NCBI GenBank assembly: GCA_047150005.1 | Contig: AP038806.1 | Coordinates: 1,984,001-2,048,000 of the forward strand | DNA length: 64,000 nt | Direction: 5' to 3' | From: Nitrospira sp. | GTDB lineage: Bacteria > Nitrospirota > Nitrospiria > Nitrospirales > Nitrospiraceae | In this document: positions 1-9,400 of the stretch, piece by piece | Numbering within the stretch: position 1 is the first letter of the stretch | Layout of the letters: the number at the start of each line of letters is the position of its first letter | Position numbers and translations under genes: made by a program | The notes under the pieces: generated by a model | The model's input: the letters and a program-made list of their open reading frames with translations, nothing else | Told to the model about the DNA's origin: nothing | The model's database searches: none

Positions 1-21
1 GGTGCTGGAATCGCACTTTTC

Positions 22-522
22 ATGAACATCGTGCTCATCGGATATCGAGGAGTCGGCAAGAGTTCCGTGGGGAAAATGTTGGCCGCGCAGTTGAATCGCG
101 AATTGATATCTACGGACGCGGAAGTCGTGCGACGGGCGGGACAAACGATACCCGCGATCGTCGAACAGCATGGATGGGAATATTTTCGCGACCGGGAATC
201 CGACGTCTGTCGAGACCTCGCCGGCCGGGATAACCTGATCATCGATACCGGCGGCGGCACCGTGTTGCGCCCGCACAATGTGGAGATTTTGAAACGAAAC
301 GGGACACTCTTTTGGCTCACGGCGTCGGTCGAGTCGATTGCCGCTCGAATCGGCGGTGACACGCAGCGGCCCTCCCTGACCGGGACCAAATCGTTTATTG
401 AAGAAATTGAGCAGGTGCTCAGGGAGCGTACACCAAAGTATCAGACGGCAGCCGATCACATTATTGCAACCGATGGCCATCCGATTGAGCGTGTGGTGGC
501 GTGTATTGTCGCGTGCTTCTGA
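22..522 (+). CDS. aroK: shikimate kinase
   Basis: NIVLIGYRGVGKS P-loop, GWEYFRDRE, DTGGG and RPSL motifs; 166 aa. Confidence 0.93.
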   Translation: MNIVLIGYRGVGKSSVGKMLAAQLNRELISTDAEVVRRAGQTIPAIVEQHGWEYFRDRESDVCRDLAGRDNLIIDTGGGTVLRPHNVEILKRNGTLFWLTASVESIAARIGGDTQRPSLTGTKSFIEEIEQVLRERTPKYQTAADHIIATDGHPIERVVACIVACF

Positions 523-588
523 ACCGGGGCTCGGCTGGCACCCCCATTCTTGACAACTTCTCCGTGGAAGTGGTTCAAGTATCTATGT

Positions 589-665
589 GCGCCCGTAGCT
601 CAGTTGGATAGAGCGTCGGGCTTCGAACCCGCAGGTCGCAGGTTCAATTCCTGCCGGGCGCACCA
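589..665 (+). tRNA. tRNA-Arg (anticodon TCG)
   Basis: Cloverleaf: GCGCCCG/CGGGCGC acceptor stem, D arm GCTCAGTTGGATAGAGC, anticodon loop CT-TCG-AA, T arm GCAGG-TTCAATT-CCTGC, encoded CCA. Confidence 0.96.
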
Positions 666-1107
666 AACCGTCCCAAGTCCTATCGCTGATTTCCATGCCG
701 CAAGCGAACATTCAAGAATGTTGCGGGGTCACGCATCGAAGGACTGACCAGCGTTAGAATGCCGCTCGACGAGTTCATGAGGCCGGCTGCTGCCTCCGGT
801 CTGCGTCAAAATGGGAATTCTGATTCCGATGATGTTCCTCGAAATCCACTCCACCACATCGTAGAAGCACGAAACGCCAGGATTTCCATGCCATCTCCTC
901 AGGAATAAGTCCGCTCGTTGCGGACGGTGCTTCGGCATTGCTTCAAGGGCCTCGTGATCCCTAACCTGACCCTATCGATGCCGCGTTCGTGAGTTTGTGG
1001 CGGCCGAACCGCCGTAGTTCCCGTCTCCTTGCCCTGGCTCATCCCCACAGCGGGCCGTTCCTTACAGCCTGGAGTTTTCCTATCGGCCTTGCTTACAATG
1101 ATGCGCG

Positions 1108-3144
1108 TTGAAAGGACTCCAGGTGAAAATCAGGACGATTCGAGGGCGAATAGTGTTTTCCATCGTGCTTGTGGGCGCTATTCCGCTGCTCATAGGTCTC
1201 GTGCTGGCCTACGTGTCGGGCATGCGGTCTCTTCGAGATGTCATCGGCGGGAATCTGCAAGCGGTGGCCGTTCAAGCGGCTGACCGTGTGACCATGTTGG
1301 TGCAGAGCGAAATTCAAGGCGTCCGCCTGCTCGGTTCCGCTCCATTGCGCGTTCGTCAGCCGGTCGAAATCGTGAACCGCTCCTATCCCGTGGATCCGGA
1401 AAAAGTGCGGGGCGTCATTCACGAACGGATGGGGATTTGGGAAAAAGGATTGAATAGCGCCGCCGGGTTGTTGAATTCTGAACTCTCCCGGTTTCTTCTG
1501 GAAACAAAGGTTCGTGACGGAGACAAAGTCGTCGGATTGCTGATTACAGATCAGTACGGAGCGCTGGTCGCAGCAAGTTCGGAGCCCGATCATTACTATT
1601 TCGGGAACGAGTCCTGGTGGGCCAAAGTTCGAGCAGGGGAGGTCTATGTGAGCGGACTGATTCCTGCTCAGGACGGATCGTTCAGGACACCCGAAGAGAG
1701 CATGGACATTGCGGTCCCGATTCTTGATGACCGGCAGCACACCGTGATCGGGGCTGTGAAAGCCTCGTTTCGATTCGACAGTCTCTTTGCGATGATCAAT
1801 CAGATTCGGATCGGACAGACCGGACATGCGATGCTGTTCAATGCGGCGGGGCAGCCGCTCGTCTGTCCGATTCTGCCCCGCCAGGCGCACCGGATTCCCA
1901 GCCGACTCATGGCGATGATCGTCTCTTCCGATCCTGGCTGGGCCATTGCGGAGGACGACGGGCATGGAGCGACGGACACGGTCATCGGGTATGCTCCCGT
2001 GTCCGGGCTGAGGCTTCCGGACAATAGCTGGCATGTCTTTGTGAGACAGCAGCCGAGCGAGAGTTATGCCCCGATACGGGACCAGCTCAGAAATCTCGCG
2101 GCCATCGGATTAGTCATGATCGGACTGCTCTGGGCTATGGGGCGGTATGTGGCTGCTCACATCGTGCGTCCGATCTACGTTTTGCAACGCGGAGTCGAAT
2201 CAATCAGTCAGGGCACCTACGACCGTCCGCTCAATATTCGTACGGGCGACGAATTCGAGGAACTGGCGGCGGCCGTCCATTCCATGGCCGATCGACTGAA
2301 GACGTCACGCTCTGAGCTGGAAGCCTTGAACGTCGATCTGGCCAGACGCGTCGAGGAAAAAACCGCCGAGGCGACGGAGCACATGAAACGGCTGCAGTTT
2401 GCCGAACGTCTGGCGACTCTCGGCAAAGTGGCCAGCGGGATTGCCCATGAGATTAACAATCCGCTGGGGATCATTCTCAACCGGATAGAATGTATGGAGG
2501 TCGAGGCGGCTCATCTGCCTCTCTCCGAGGAGCAGCGGCGGGACTTGCTGGCGCTTCGAACCCAGGCCGATCGGATCTTACGAGTCACGAAGAGCATGTT
2601 GGCGTTGTCCAGAGGGTCCGCAACCGTATTGAAACCCATGGATCTGAATTGCGTCCTCCAATCATGCATCGAGGCCTCGAAAGACCGGGCTGCCGTCAAA
2701 GACGTGAGGATCGAAGCGGCCTTGTCGCCCGGTTTGCCGCCGATCATGGGCGATCGTGACCGGATCGAGACGGTGATGTTGAATCTGATCAACAATGCGC
2801 TCGATGCGGCTCGGGAGGGAACACAGCCTGGCTGTGTGACGGTCCGGTCTGAAGAATCGCGAGGCAAAGAGGGCGATCTGGTAGTGGTCCGGATCAGCGA
2901 TACGGGGCCGGGCATCCCCGAGGAAATGCTGGGACGAATCTTTGATCCCTTCTTTACCACGAAGGACGAGGGGCAGGGCACCGGTCTGGGTTTATTCCTC
3001 AGCTACGGGATTGTGGCTGATCATCGCGGACGCCTTGAGATTGAAAACGGCCGGCGCGGCGCCGTGGCGTCCGTGTTTCTCCCCGCGCTTGTGCCAGTAT
3101 CCGAATCGCATCAGGAGGCCGGATGGGAGCAGGCAAGATTCTGA
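1108..3144 (+). CDS. membrane sensor histidine kinase (Cache-like periplasmic domain, HAMP, HisKA, HATPase; NtrB-type)
   Basis: Two TM segments, HAMP (TGDEFEELA), H-box AHEINNPL, N-box NLINNALDA, DTGPGI, FDPFFTTK, GTGLGL; start codon uncertain. Confidence 0.93.
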   Translation: MKGLQVKIRTIRGRIVFSIVLVGAIPLLIGLVLAYVSGMRSLRDVIGGNLQAVAVQAADRVTMLVQSEIQGVRLLGSAPLRVRQPVEIVNRSYPVDPEKVRGVIHERMGIWEKGLNSAAGLLNSELSRFLLETKVRDGDKVVGLLITDQYGALVAASSEPDHYYFGNESWWAKVRAGEVYVSGLIPAQDGSFRTPEESMDIAVPILDDRQHTVIGAVKASFRFDSLFAMINQIRIGQTGHAMLFNAAGQPLVCPILPRQAHRIPSRLMAMIVSSDPGWAIAEDDGHGATDTVIGYAPVSGLRLPDNSWHVFVRQQPSESYAPIRDQLRNLAAIGLVMIGLLWAMGRYVAAHIVRPIYVLQRGVESISQGTYDRPLNIRTGDEFEELAAAVHSMADRLKTSRSELEALNVDLARRVEEKTAEATEHMKRLQFAERLATLGKVASGIAHEINNPLGIILNRIECMEVEAAHLPLSEEQRRDLLALRTQADRILRVTKSMLALSRGSATVLKPMDLNCVLQSCIEASKDRAAVKDVRIEAALSPGLPPIMGDRDRIETVMLNLINNALDAAREGTQPGCVTVRSEESRGKEGDLVVVRISDTGPGIPEEMLGRIFDPFFTTKDEGQGTGLGLFLSYGIVADHRGRLEIENGRRGAVASVFLPALVPVSESHQEAGWEQARF

Positions 3145-4538
3145 TCGTCGACGACGAAGTGGATGCGCTGGAGAATTGCCGCCGCATCTTGAGCCGACTC
3201 GGGTATGACTGTGCGACCGAACACGACCCGCTTCGTGCCGTACAGCGGATACAACAGGAGCATCCCGATCTGGTGTTCACCGATTTGCGCATGCCCGGTC
3301 TCGACGGGATCGGTCTCCTTGCGGAGGCCAAGCGGGTCGATCCCAAAATCAACGTGGTTCTGTTGACGGCCTATGCGACCGTCCAGACCGCCGTGGCATC
3401 CATGCGGTATGGGGCGTTTGATTATCTGCTGAAGCCTTATACCAGCAAAGATCTGGAGGAGGTCGCCAAGCGGGCATTCGTCAACGGCGAGCAGGCGAGT
3501 CCAAGCGTTCAGTCCTGGCTTGCTCCCGATGGACCGACCACTGTTTCCGATGCCGTGAGAAAGAGCGCCTTGGATCTCATTCTCGGGAACAGTCGGGCCA
3601 TCCATGACGTGAAGGATCTCGTCAAGAAAGTCGCGCGCACGGATGCGAACATTTTGATCTACGGTGAAAGCGGAACAGGGAAAGAGCTGGTCGCCTGCGC
3701 GATTCACGAGGAAAGCGAACGGACCGGCCAGCCGTTTGTGCCGCTCGATTGCGTGGCTCTGCCCGATGCCTTGCTCGAGTCTGAATTGTTCGGACACGAG
3801 AAGGGGGCCTTCACCGGTGCACATGCGGCGAAGGCCGGCCTCTTCGAAGTGGCCAATCGAGGCACGGTCTTTCTGGACGAAGTCGGTGGGATGAGCCAGA
3901 CGCTCCAGTCGCGGCTTCTGCGGGTGCTGCAGGAACGTCACGTCCGCCGTGTGGGAGGCACGCGCTACGCGGACATCGATGTGCGGGTGATTGCCGCCTC
4001 CAACCGCGACCTCGAAGAGGCCTGTCGGAAGGGAGAGTTTCGGGAGGATCTGTACTATCGACTCAATGTGATTCCGATCGTGCTACCGCCGCTGCGGGAC
4101 CGTGAGGCCGATGCGCAGGTCCTGGCGCAGGAATTCCTCAACCGTTTCATGAGGCGGGCGAGCAGCGGATCCGATGCCGCGCCAGCGTTCGATCCTGCGG
4201 CGTTGGCCTGTTTGAAGGCCCATACCTGGCCCGGCAATGTCAGGGAACTTCAGAATGTGATCGAACGGGTGGCGGCGCTGGCCGATGGCCACACGATCCG
4301 GGTTGAACAGCTGCCCGAACCTATCCGTGCCGCGCGATCAGATGAATCCGACGCGGAGGAAACGGCCTCCTACAAACAGGCCAAGCAAGAAGTCGTGCGT
4401 TCCTTCGAGCGCAATTTCCTGCTGGACTTACTGAAGCGCCACAATTGGCACATGAGCAATGCGGCTCAAGAAGCCGGCGTGGATCGTAAGACGATCGAAC
4501 GCATGGTGAAGCGGCATGGTCTTCGGGAGCCGAGCTAG
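3123..4538 (+). CDS. sigma54-dependent response regulator (NtrC family: REC-AAA+-HTH)
   Basis: ILIVDDE, TDLRMPG, GESGTGKE, GAFTGA, FLDEV, FREDLYYRLNV, WPGNVREL and a C-terminal Fis-type HTH; overlaps the kinase 3' end. Confidence 0.95.
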   Translation: MGAGKILIVDDEVDALENCRRILSRLGYDCATEHDPLRAVQRIQQEHPDLVFTDLRMPGLDGIGLLAEAKRVDPKINVVLLTAYATVQTAVASMRYGAFDYLLKPYTSKDLEEVAKRAFVNGEQASPSVQSWLAPDGPTTVSDAVRKSALDLILGNSRAIHDVKDLVKKVARTDANILIYGESGTGKELVACAIHEESERTGQPFVPLDCVALPDALLESELFGHEKGAFTGAHAAKAGLFEVANRGTVFLDEVGGMSQTLQSRLLRVLQERHVRRVGGTRYADIDVRVIAASNRDLEEACRKGEFREDLYYRLNVIPIVLPPLRDREADAQVLAQEFLNRFMRRASSGSDAAPAFDPAALACLKAHTWPGNVRELQNVIERVAALADGHTIRVEQLPEPIRAARSDESDAEETASYKQAKQEVVRSFERNFLLDLLKRHNWHMSNAAQEAGVDRKTIERMVKRHGLREPS

Positions 4539-4572
4539 CCAGCCTCTCCCCTCGGACCAGCCTTCCCTCCCA

Positions 4573-4590
4573 TGGGGCGTGGCAGTCCCA
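4573..4590. promoter_or_regulatory. putative enhancer (UAS) palindrome, copy 1: TGGGGC-N6-GTCCCA
   Basis: Same motif as at 6131-6152 and 15440-15457, each upstream of a sigma54-like promoter. Confidence 0.55.
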
Positions 4591-4631
4591 AGTTCTATCC
4601 CAGGGCGTGATAATTCCACGCGATTCTCCAG

Positions 4632-4663
4632 TGGCGTGGCATTTGCCTCGGCATTGCATTTGC
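4632..4663 (+). promoter_or_regulatory. two tandem sigma54 -24/-12 elements
   Basis: TGGCGTGGCATTTGC (GG 4633, GC 4645) and CGGCATTGCATTTGC (GG 4650, GC 4662); both GG-N10-GC ending in TTGC. Confidence 0.6.
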
Positions 4664-4763
4664 TTCAATGGCAAAGGAGAGATGCGTTCGCGGTTTCGGC
4701 CGTGATGGGCGGTATCCATTCGGCAGGCTGTTCCGGTCACAGAGAAGGGACGAAGTCAAGATC

Positions 4764-5963
4764 ATGGCAACAGAAAAAATTATGATTGTCGACGATGAGC
4801 CGGACGCCATTGAGAATTGTCGCCGGATCCTTAGCCGGTGTCGGTACGATTGCGTGGTGGAAGCCGATCCAAACCGGGCGTTGGCCGCCATCGAGCGTGA
4901 GCGCCCCCAAGTGCTGCTCACCGATCTCCGGATGCCGGGCTTGGACGGCATCGGCTTATTGAAAGCGGCCAAGCAGATCGATCCCACAATCAAAGTGGTG
5001 CTGCTGACCGCCTATGCCTCCGTTCAAACAGCGGTCGACTCCATGAGGCACGGGGCATTCGATTACCTCGCGAAGCCCTTTACGGGGCGGGAACTCCGGA
5101 CGGTGGTTCGGCGTGCTCTGGGTGAAGGAGCTGACGAATCGGGCAAACACGAGGATACTTCACTCCTTCAGGCCGAGAACGCCATATCCGTTCAGGAAGG
5201 AGCATTGATTGGCAACAGTGCGCCGACCAAGATCGTGCGGGAGCTCATTGAGCGGGTGGCGGCCACGGAGGCGGCCGTACTGATTTCCGGCGAGAGCGGA
5301 ACAGGCAAAGAATATGTGGCGCGAACGATCCATGCCGGAAGTGTGCGCCGCTTGAAGTCGTTCGTGCCGGTCGACTGCCTGGCATCCGACGAAGCGGCAT
5401 TGGAGAGACAGCTGTTCGGCGCCGAGGCGGCAGCGGCCGACAGCGATGCCGGATCACAGCCGGGGCTGTTCGAATTGGCGCACGGAGGCAGCCTGTTCTT
5501 GGATGAAGTCGACGGCCTTAGCCCTCGGCTGCAGGCGAAAGTCGCGCGAGCGCTGAAGGAACGACGGGGACGTCGGGTGGGAGGAAGCCGGTTTTTCAAC
5601 ATCGATGTGCGTGTGATGGCTGCGTCGACTCAGCACCTGCAGCGCCTATGCGGCAGCGGCGAATTTCGTGAAGACCTCTATTGGCACCTCAACGTCGTTC
5701 CGATCGAGCTTCGTCCGTTGCGCGAACGTGTCGAGGATATCGAAGCCTTGGCGCAATGGTTCCTCCAAACCTTCCCGTCGCGCAAGCCCGACCGTCAACG
5801 ATTGCCGTCCGGCTTCACTCCCCGGGCGCGCATGCTCCTTCTCCGATACCCCTGGCCCGGCAATGTGCGCGAGCTGCGGAATGCCGTCGAGCGTGCGGCC
5901 GTCATCGCGGATGGATCTCCCGTCGATCTCATACATCTTCCTGATCGACTGGCCTCGTCTTGA
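4764..5963 (+). CDS. atypical NtrC-like response regulator (REC-AAA+; no GAFTGA, no HTH)
   Basis: Receiver closely resembles that of the upstream regulator; GESGTGKE, LFLDEV and WPGNVREL retained; GAFTGA replaced by an Ala-rich stretch; ends right after the AAA+ domain; ATG 4764 chosen by alignment to the paralog. Confidence 0.88.
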   Translation: MATEKIMIVDDEPDAIENCRRILSRCRYDCVVEADPNRALAAIERERPQVLLTDLRMPGLDGIGLLKAAKQIDPTIKVVLLTAYASVQTAVDSMRHGAFDYLAKPFTGRELRTVVRRALGEGADESGKHEDTSLLQAENAISVQEGALIGNSAPTKIVRELIERVAATEAAVLISGESGTGKEYVARTIHAGSVRRLKSFVPVDCLASDEAALERQLFGAEAAAADSDAGSQPGLFELAHGGSLFLDEVDGLSPRLQAKVARALKERRGRRVGGSRFFNIDVRVMAASTQHLQRLCGSGEFREDLYWHLNVVPIELRPLRERVEDIEALAQWFLQTFPSRKPDRQRLPSGFTPRARMLLLRYPWPGNVRELRNAVERAAVIADGSPVDLIHLPDRLASS

Positions 5964-6130
5964 CGCCTGTCCTGCCGCGCTTCTCTCCTGTCGTCTCACA
6001 TCCTCGTTGTCCTGCTGCAAGCAACCATGAATTGTCCCGCTGCGCCTCAGTCCGGCGCGCGGGGCTGTCTAAATCGATAGACGGTCTATCTCTTTGATTT
6101 CCTGCCCGTTTCCCTCCTGCCCCAAGAAAT

Positions 6131-6152
6131 GATGGGACGGCGGAGTCCCATC
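6131..6152. promoter_or_regulatory. putative enhancer (UAS) palindrome, copy 2: GATGGGAC-N6-GTCCCATC
   Basis: Perfect 8-bp inverted repeat ~95 bp upstream of the sigma54 element of oxidase 1. Confidence 0.6.
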
Positions 6153-6244
6153 CGGCGAGAAGACGCTTCAAAGCTCTTCGCACAATAGAATTGTTTGACC
6201 GCGTGAATTGCGGTGTTTCATGCGTCGGGATGCGCTGGTTCGAC

Positions 6245-6259
6245 GGGCATCGATGTTGC
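6245..6259 (+). promoter_or_regulatory. sigma54 -24/-12 promoter of multicopper oxidase 1
   Basis: GGGCATCGATGTTGC: GG 6246-47, N10, GC 6258-59. Confidence 0.62.
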
Positions 6260-6491
6260 CAATACCATTGGTGCCGGTGAGGGAGCGAGTATTTGGACCG
6301 GCCTCCGAATACCGGCATCTTCACGGAGATGCTCCCCTCACCGGCGTTAATCATCGTGAAGCCGGGCCTGTCGGCGTCACTCGGAGAAGCGACGCAGTAC
6401 AAGCGAAGAAGTGGGCGACCGAAACGATCGGGAGACATGTCATTAGCCCACCGTCCGAGAAACGGTGGTGGCAGAAGAAGGAGGCCATGAT

Positions 6492-9400
6492 ATGAGGGAG
6501 ATACCGGGTTCGCACAGGCGTGGCGGGCCGCGCGCGGCCGGTCTGCCGGCGGCGCTGCTCGTCAGTAGCCTGCTGACAACCACAATGGGGCTGGCCGCAG
6601 ACCAGCACGCTCACGATGGTGACGCGCAGGGAGGGTCGGCCGAGAAGGTCATTTTTCGCGAAGGCGGGTCGGTCCTCCACGACCGCATGATGGAGGAGGT
6701 GAAACGACAGCAGGAGTACATTGGGCAAAAGGGTGCCTACAGTACCGGCGCCAACAGTCACATGTTGCAGCAGGGCGTGTTGCTGGTGGCGGAGGATCCG
6801 GCCAAGATCTCCGTGAACAATGGGCAGCGCTGTCCGACTAATGCGCCGGTGAAGGAGTATCACCTCTCGGCGATCAACATCGAAATCACGCTGAGCCGCT
6901 TTCTCGACTATTTCCCAGGGTACATGTACGTGCTGACCGAGAATGTCGAGAAGGCTCGCGCGGAAGAAGCCCTGAACAAAGCCGCGCGGGACAAGGAGAA
7001 CGATCCGGGCGCCGTGTCGAACGGGTTGCAAGGTGATGTGATTCAGCCGTTGGTGATCCGGGCCAACCAGGGCGATTGCCTCAAGCTCACTCTTCAGAAC
7101 GACATTGCGGAAGAAGCGACCAACCTGATCATCAACGGCTCCTCCCTGGTCGTGTCGGCCACGGGGAAGCCGGCCACGCCGTCCAATGCCGATGCCACGG
7201 TGCCTGCCGGCGGCACGCAGAGCTTCGAGTGGTACATCAAGCCCGATACTCAGGAAGGCGCACGATTCTTCCGTTCACATGCGTCCCGCGATCAGTTCAA
7301 CCAGGGCCTGATCGGCATGCTCGTGGTGGAGCCGCGCGGCTCGCGCTACCTCAGCCCCTTCAACGGCAAGCCGATGGCGAGCGGCTGGGAGGCCATGATC
7401 GAAGATCCGAACGGAGCGGACTTCCGGGAATTCGCGATTTTCTATCATGAGGCCGGCGATGAAGCCTTCCGTCTCTTGAACAAAAAAGGCGAAATGCTGC
7501 CGCAACGCGATCCCCACACCGACTCCTATCGCCCCGGCGCACGACTGTTGAACTACCGCAGCGAGCCGCACGGCACGCGCATCGAGTTGCAGGCCCACAT
7601 GGGCTTCTACGGCGATGAGTCCATGGCCTACGGGTCCTATACCTTCGGCGATCCGGCGACGACGATTCCCCGGTCCTACCTTGGCGATCCGGCAAAGTTC
7701 CGGATGGCGGGGGGCTCGGAAATCGTGCACTCGCATCATCTGCACGGCGGGTCCATCCGCTGGGCGCGCCAGCCCGGCAACAGCAACCTCGACTTCGCGG
7801 CTTCCAGCAACGGGCCGGTGAAGTTTCCCCTGATCAGCGACAATTCCGATCGGTTGGATGTGCAGTCCATCGGCCCGACGGAAATCTATGATCAGGTGAT
7901 CGAAGGCGGATCGGGTGGATTGCAGGCGTTGGCGGGCGAGTTCGTCTTCCATTGCCACATTCCCCAGCACTATGTGACGGGGATGTGGGGCTTCTGGCGC
8001 GTGTACAACACCTTGCAGGCCCCCGGGTTCCAGACCGACGTGATGATGCCGTTGGTGGAATTGCCGGATCGCGTCGGCCGGATGAAGACCGGGATGACCA
8101 GCGACAAGCTCGTCGGCACGACGGTCGATTGGTACGGCGGCAAGAAGTTCGAGATCACCAAGGACAAGACCGATTGGAAGGCCAATCCGACCAAGGTGTC
8201 CTTGAAGGATTGGGTGGAAATGCAGTTGCCGCCACAAGGCAAGCCGGGCCACAAGAACACGGAGAAGGAACAGACCCTGGCCTACGATTCAACGGTGAAC
8301 GATTGGGCGTGGGAGGGTCACAAGGCGCTCAGCGAGTTGGAAACTTCGTACGAATGGGTGAACTACAAATCGACGACGCCGGGCAAGCGGCAGGAGATCC
8401 TCTTCGATCCGAAGAGCGGGAAGCTGTCCTGGCCCTGGCTGCGGCCGCATCTCGGACGGCGCGTGCCGTTCTCACCAAGTCACAGCGGGGCGCCGTGGCT
8501 GGAGCCGATCCATCGGCGAGACGACGGCAGCAACTCGACGGAACCGGCAAAGCCGGGCGAAAACGGCCCCTGGAGCCTCTGTCCGGCGGGGGCACCGCTC
8601 AAGACGTTCAACATCCATGCGATTACGTTGCCGATCACATTGAAGAAGGCGACGGCCAAGACGCCGGCCATCGTGGATCCGCAGGGATTGCTCTATGTCT
8701 TGCACGAGGAGGAAACCGAAGTTCGCAAGAACCCGGCCAAGCAGATGCCGCTGGTTATTCGTGGCAACGTGCAGGATTGCATCGACGTCGTGTACAAGAG
8801 CGAGCTCAAGGACGACGAGCGGCAAGGGTTCTCCAGCAAGACGAACCTGCATCCGCACATGTTCCAGTTCGATACGCAGGCATCGGACGGTCCGATCATC
8901 GGGTTCTCCTACGAGATGTCGCTGCGTCCCTTCACGATCCTGAAGGAGGAGCACCCCGGCAAAGGTATGCCGGTGCCGATGAACACGACCTTGGAAGCCG
9001 ACGCGGCCAAGGGCGCGACCAGCATCAAGGTAAAGGATGCTTCGCGTTATCACGTCAAGACGGAATTGGGCGTGGGGATGGATGAAGTGGACGGATTCGA
9101 ATCCGCCCGCATCAGCAGAATCGAAGGCAACACCATCGTCTTCGAGCGGCCGTTGAAGCACAACCACAAGAAGGGGGAGATCGCCTCGGTCGAATGGATC
9201 CGTGAACGCTGGTACGTGGACGCAGATTTCGGCACCACGTTCTGGCACGATCATGTGTTCGGTCTGGACGGGTGGGGCCACGGGTTCTACTCCACGTTCA
9301 TCGCCGAACCGCCGCGGTCCACGTACCATGATCCGGTGACGGGGAAAGAGTTGCGCAGCGGTCCGGTGGCCGACATTCACACCACCGAGCCGGTGTCGGC

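Noticed and set aside
550..747. 65-aa ORF
   Set aside because: Overlaps tRNA-Arg; spurious
729..938. Short minus-strand ORFs after the tRNA
   Set aside because: An RBS-like GAGGAG exists, but the candidate peptides have no recognisable features
6275..6345. yybP-ykoY (Mn) or other known riboswitch in the oxidase 1 leader
   Set aside because: The conserved GGGGAGUA/GAGACC-type core was not found; kept only as an unassigned structure
6492..6560. Tat signal (HRRGG) on oxidase 1
   Set aside because: Lacks the RRxFLK context and the paralog has no twin Arg; export route left open
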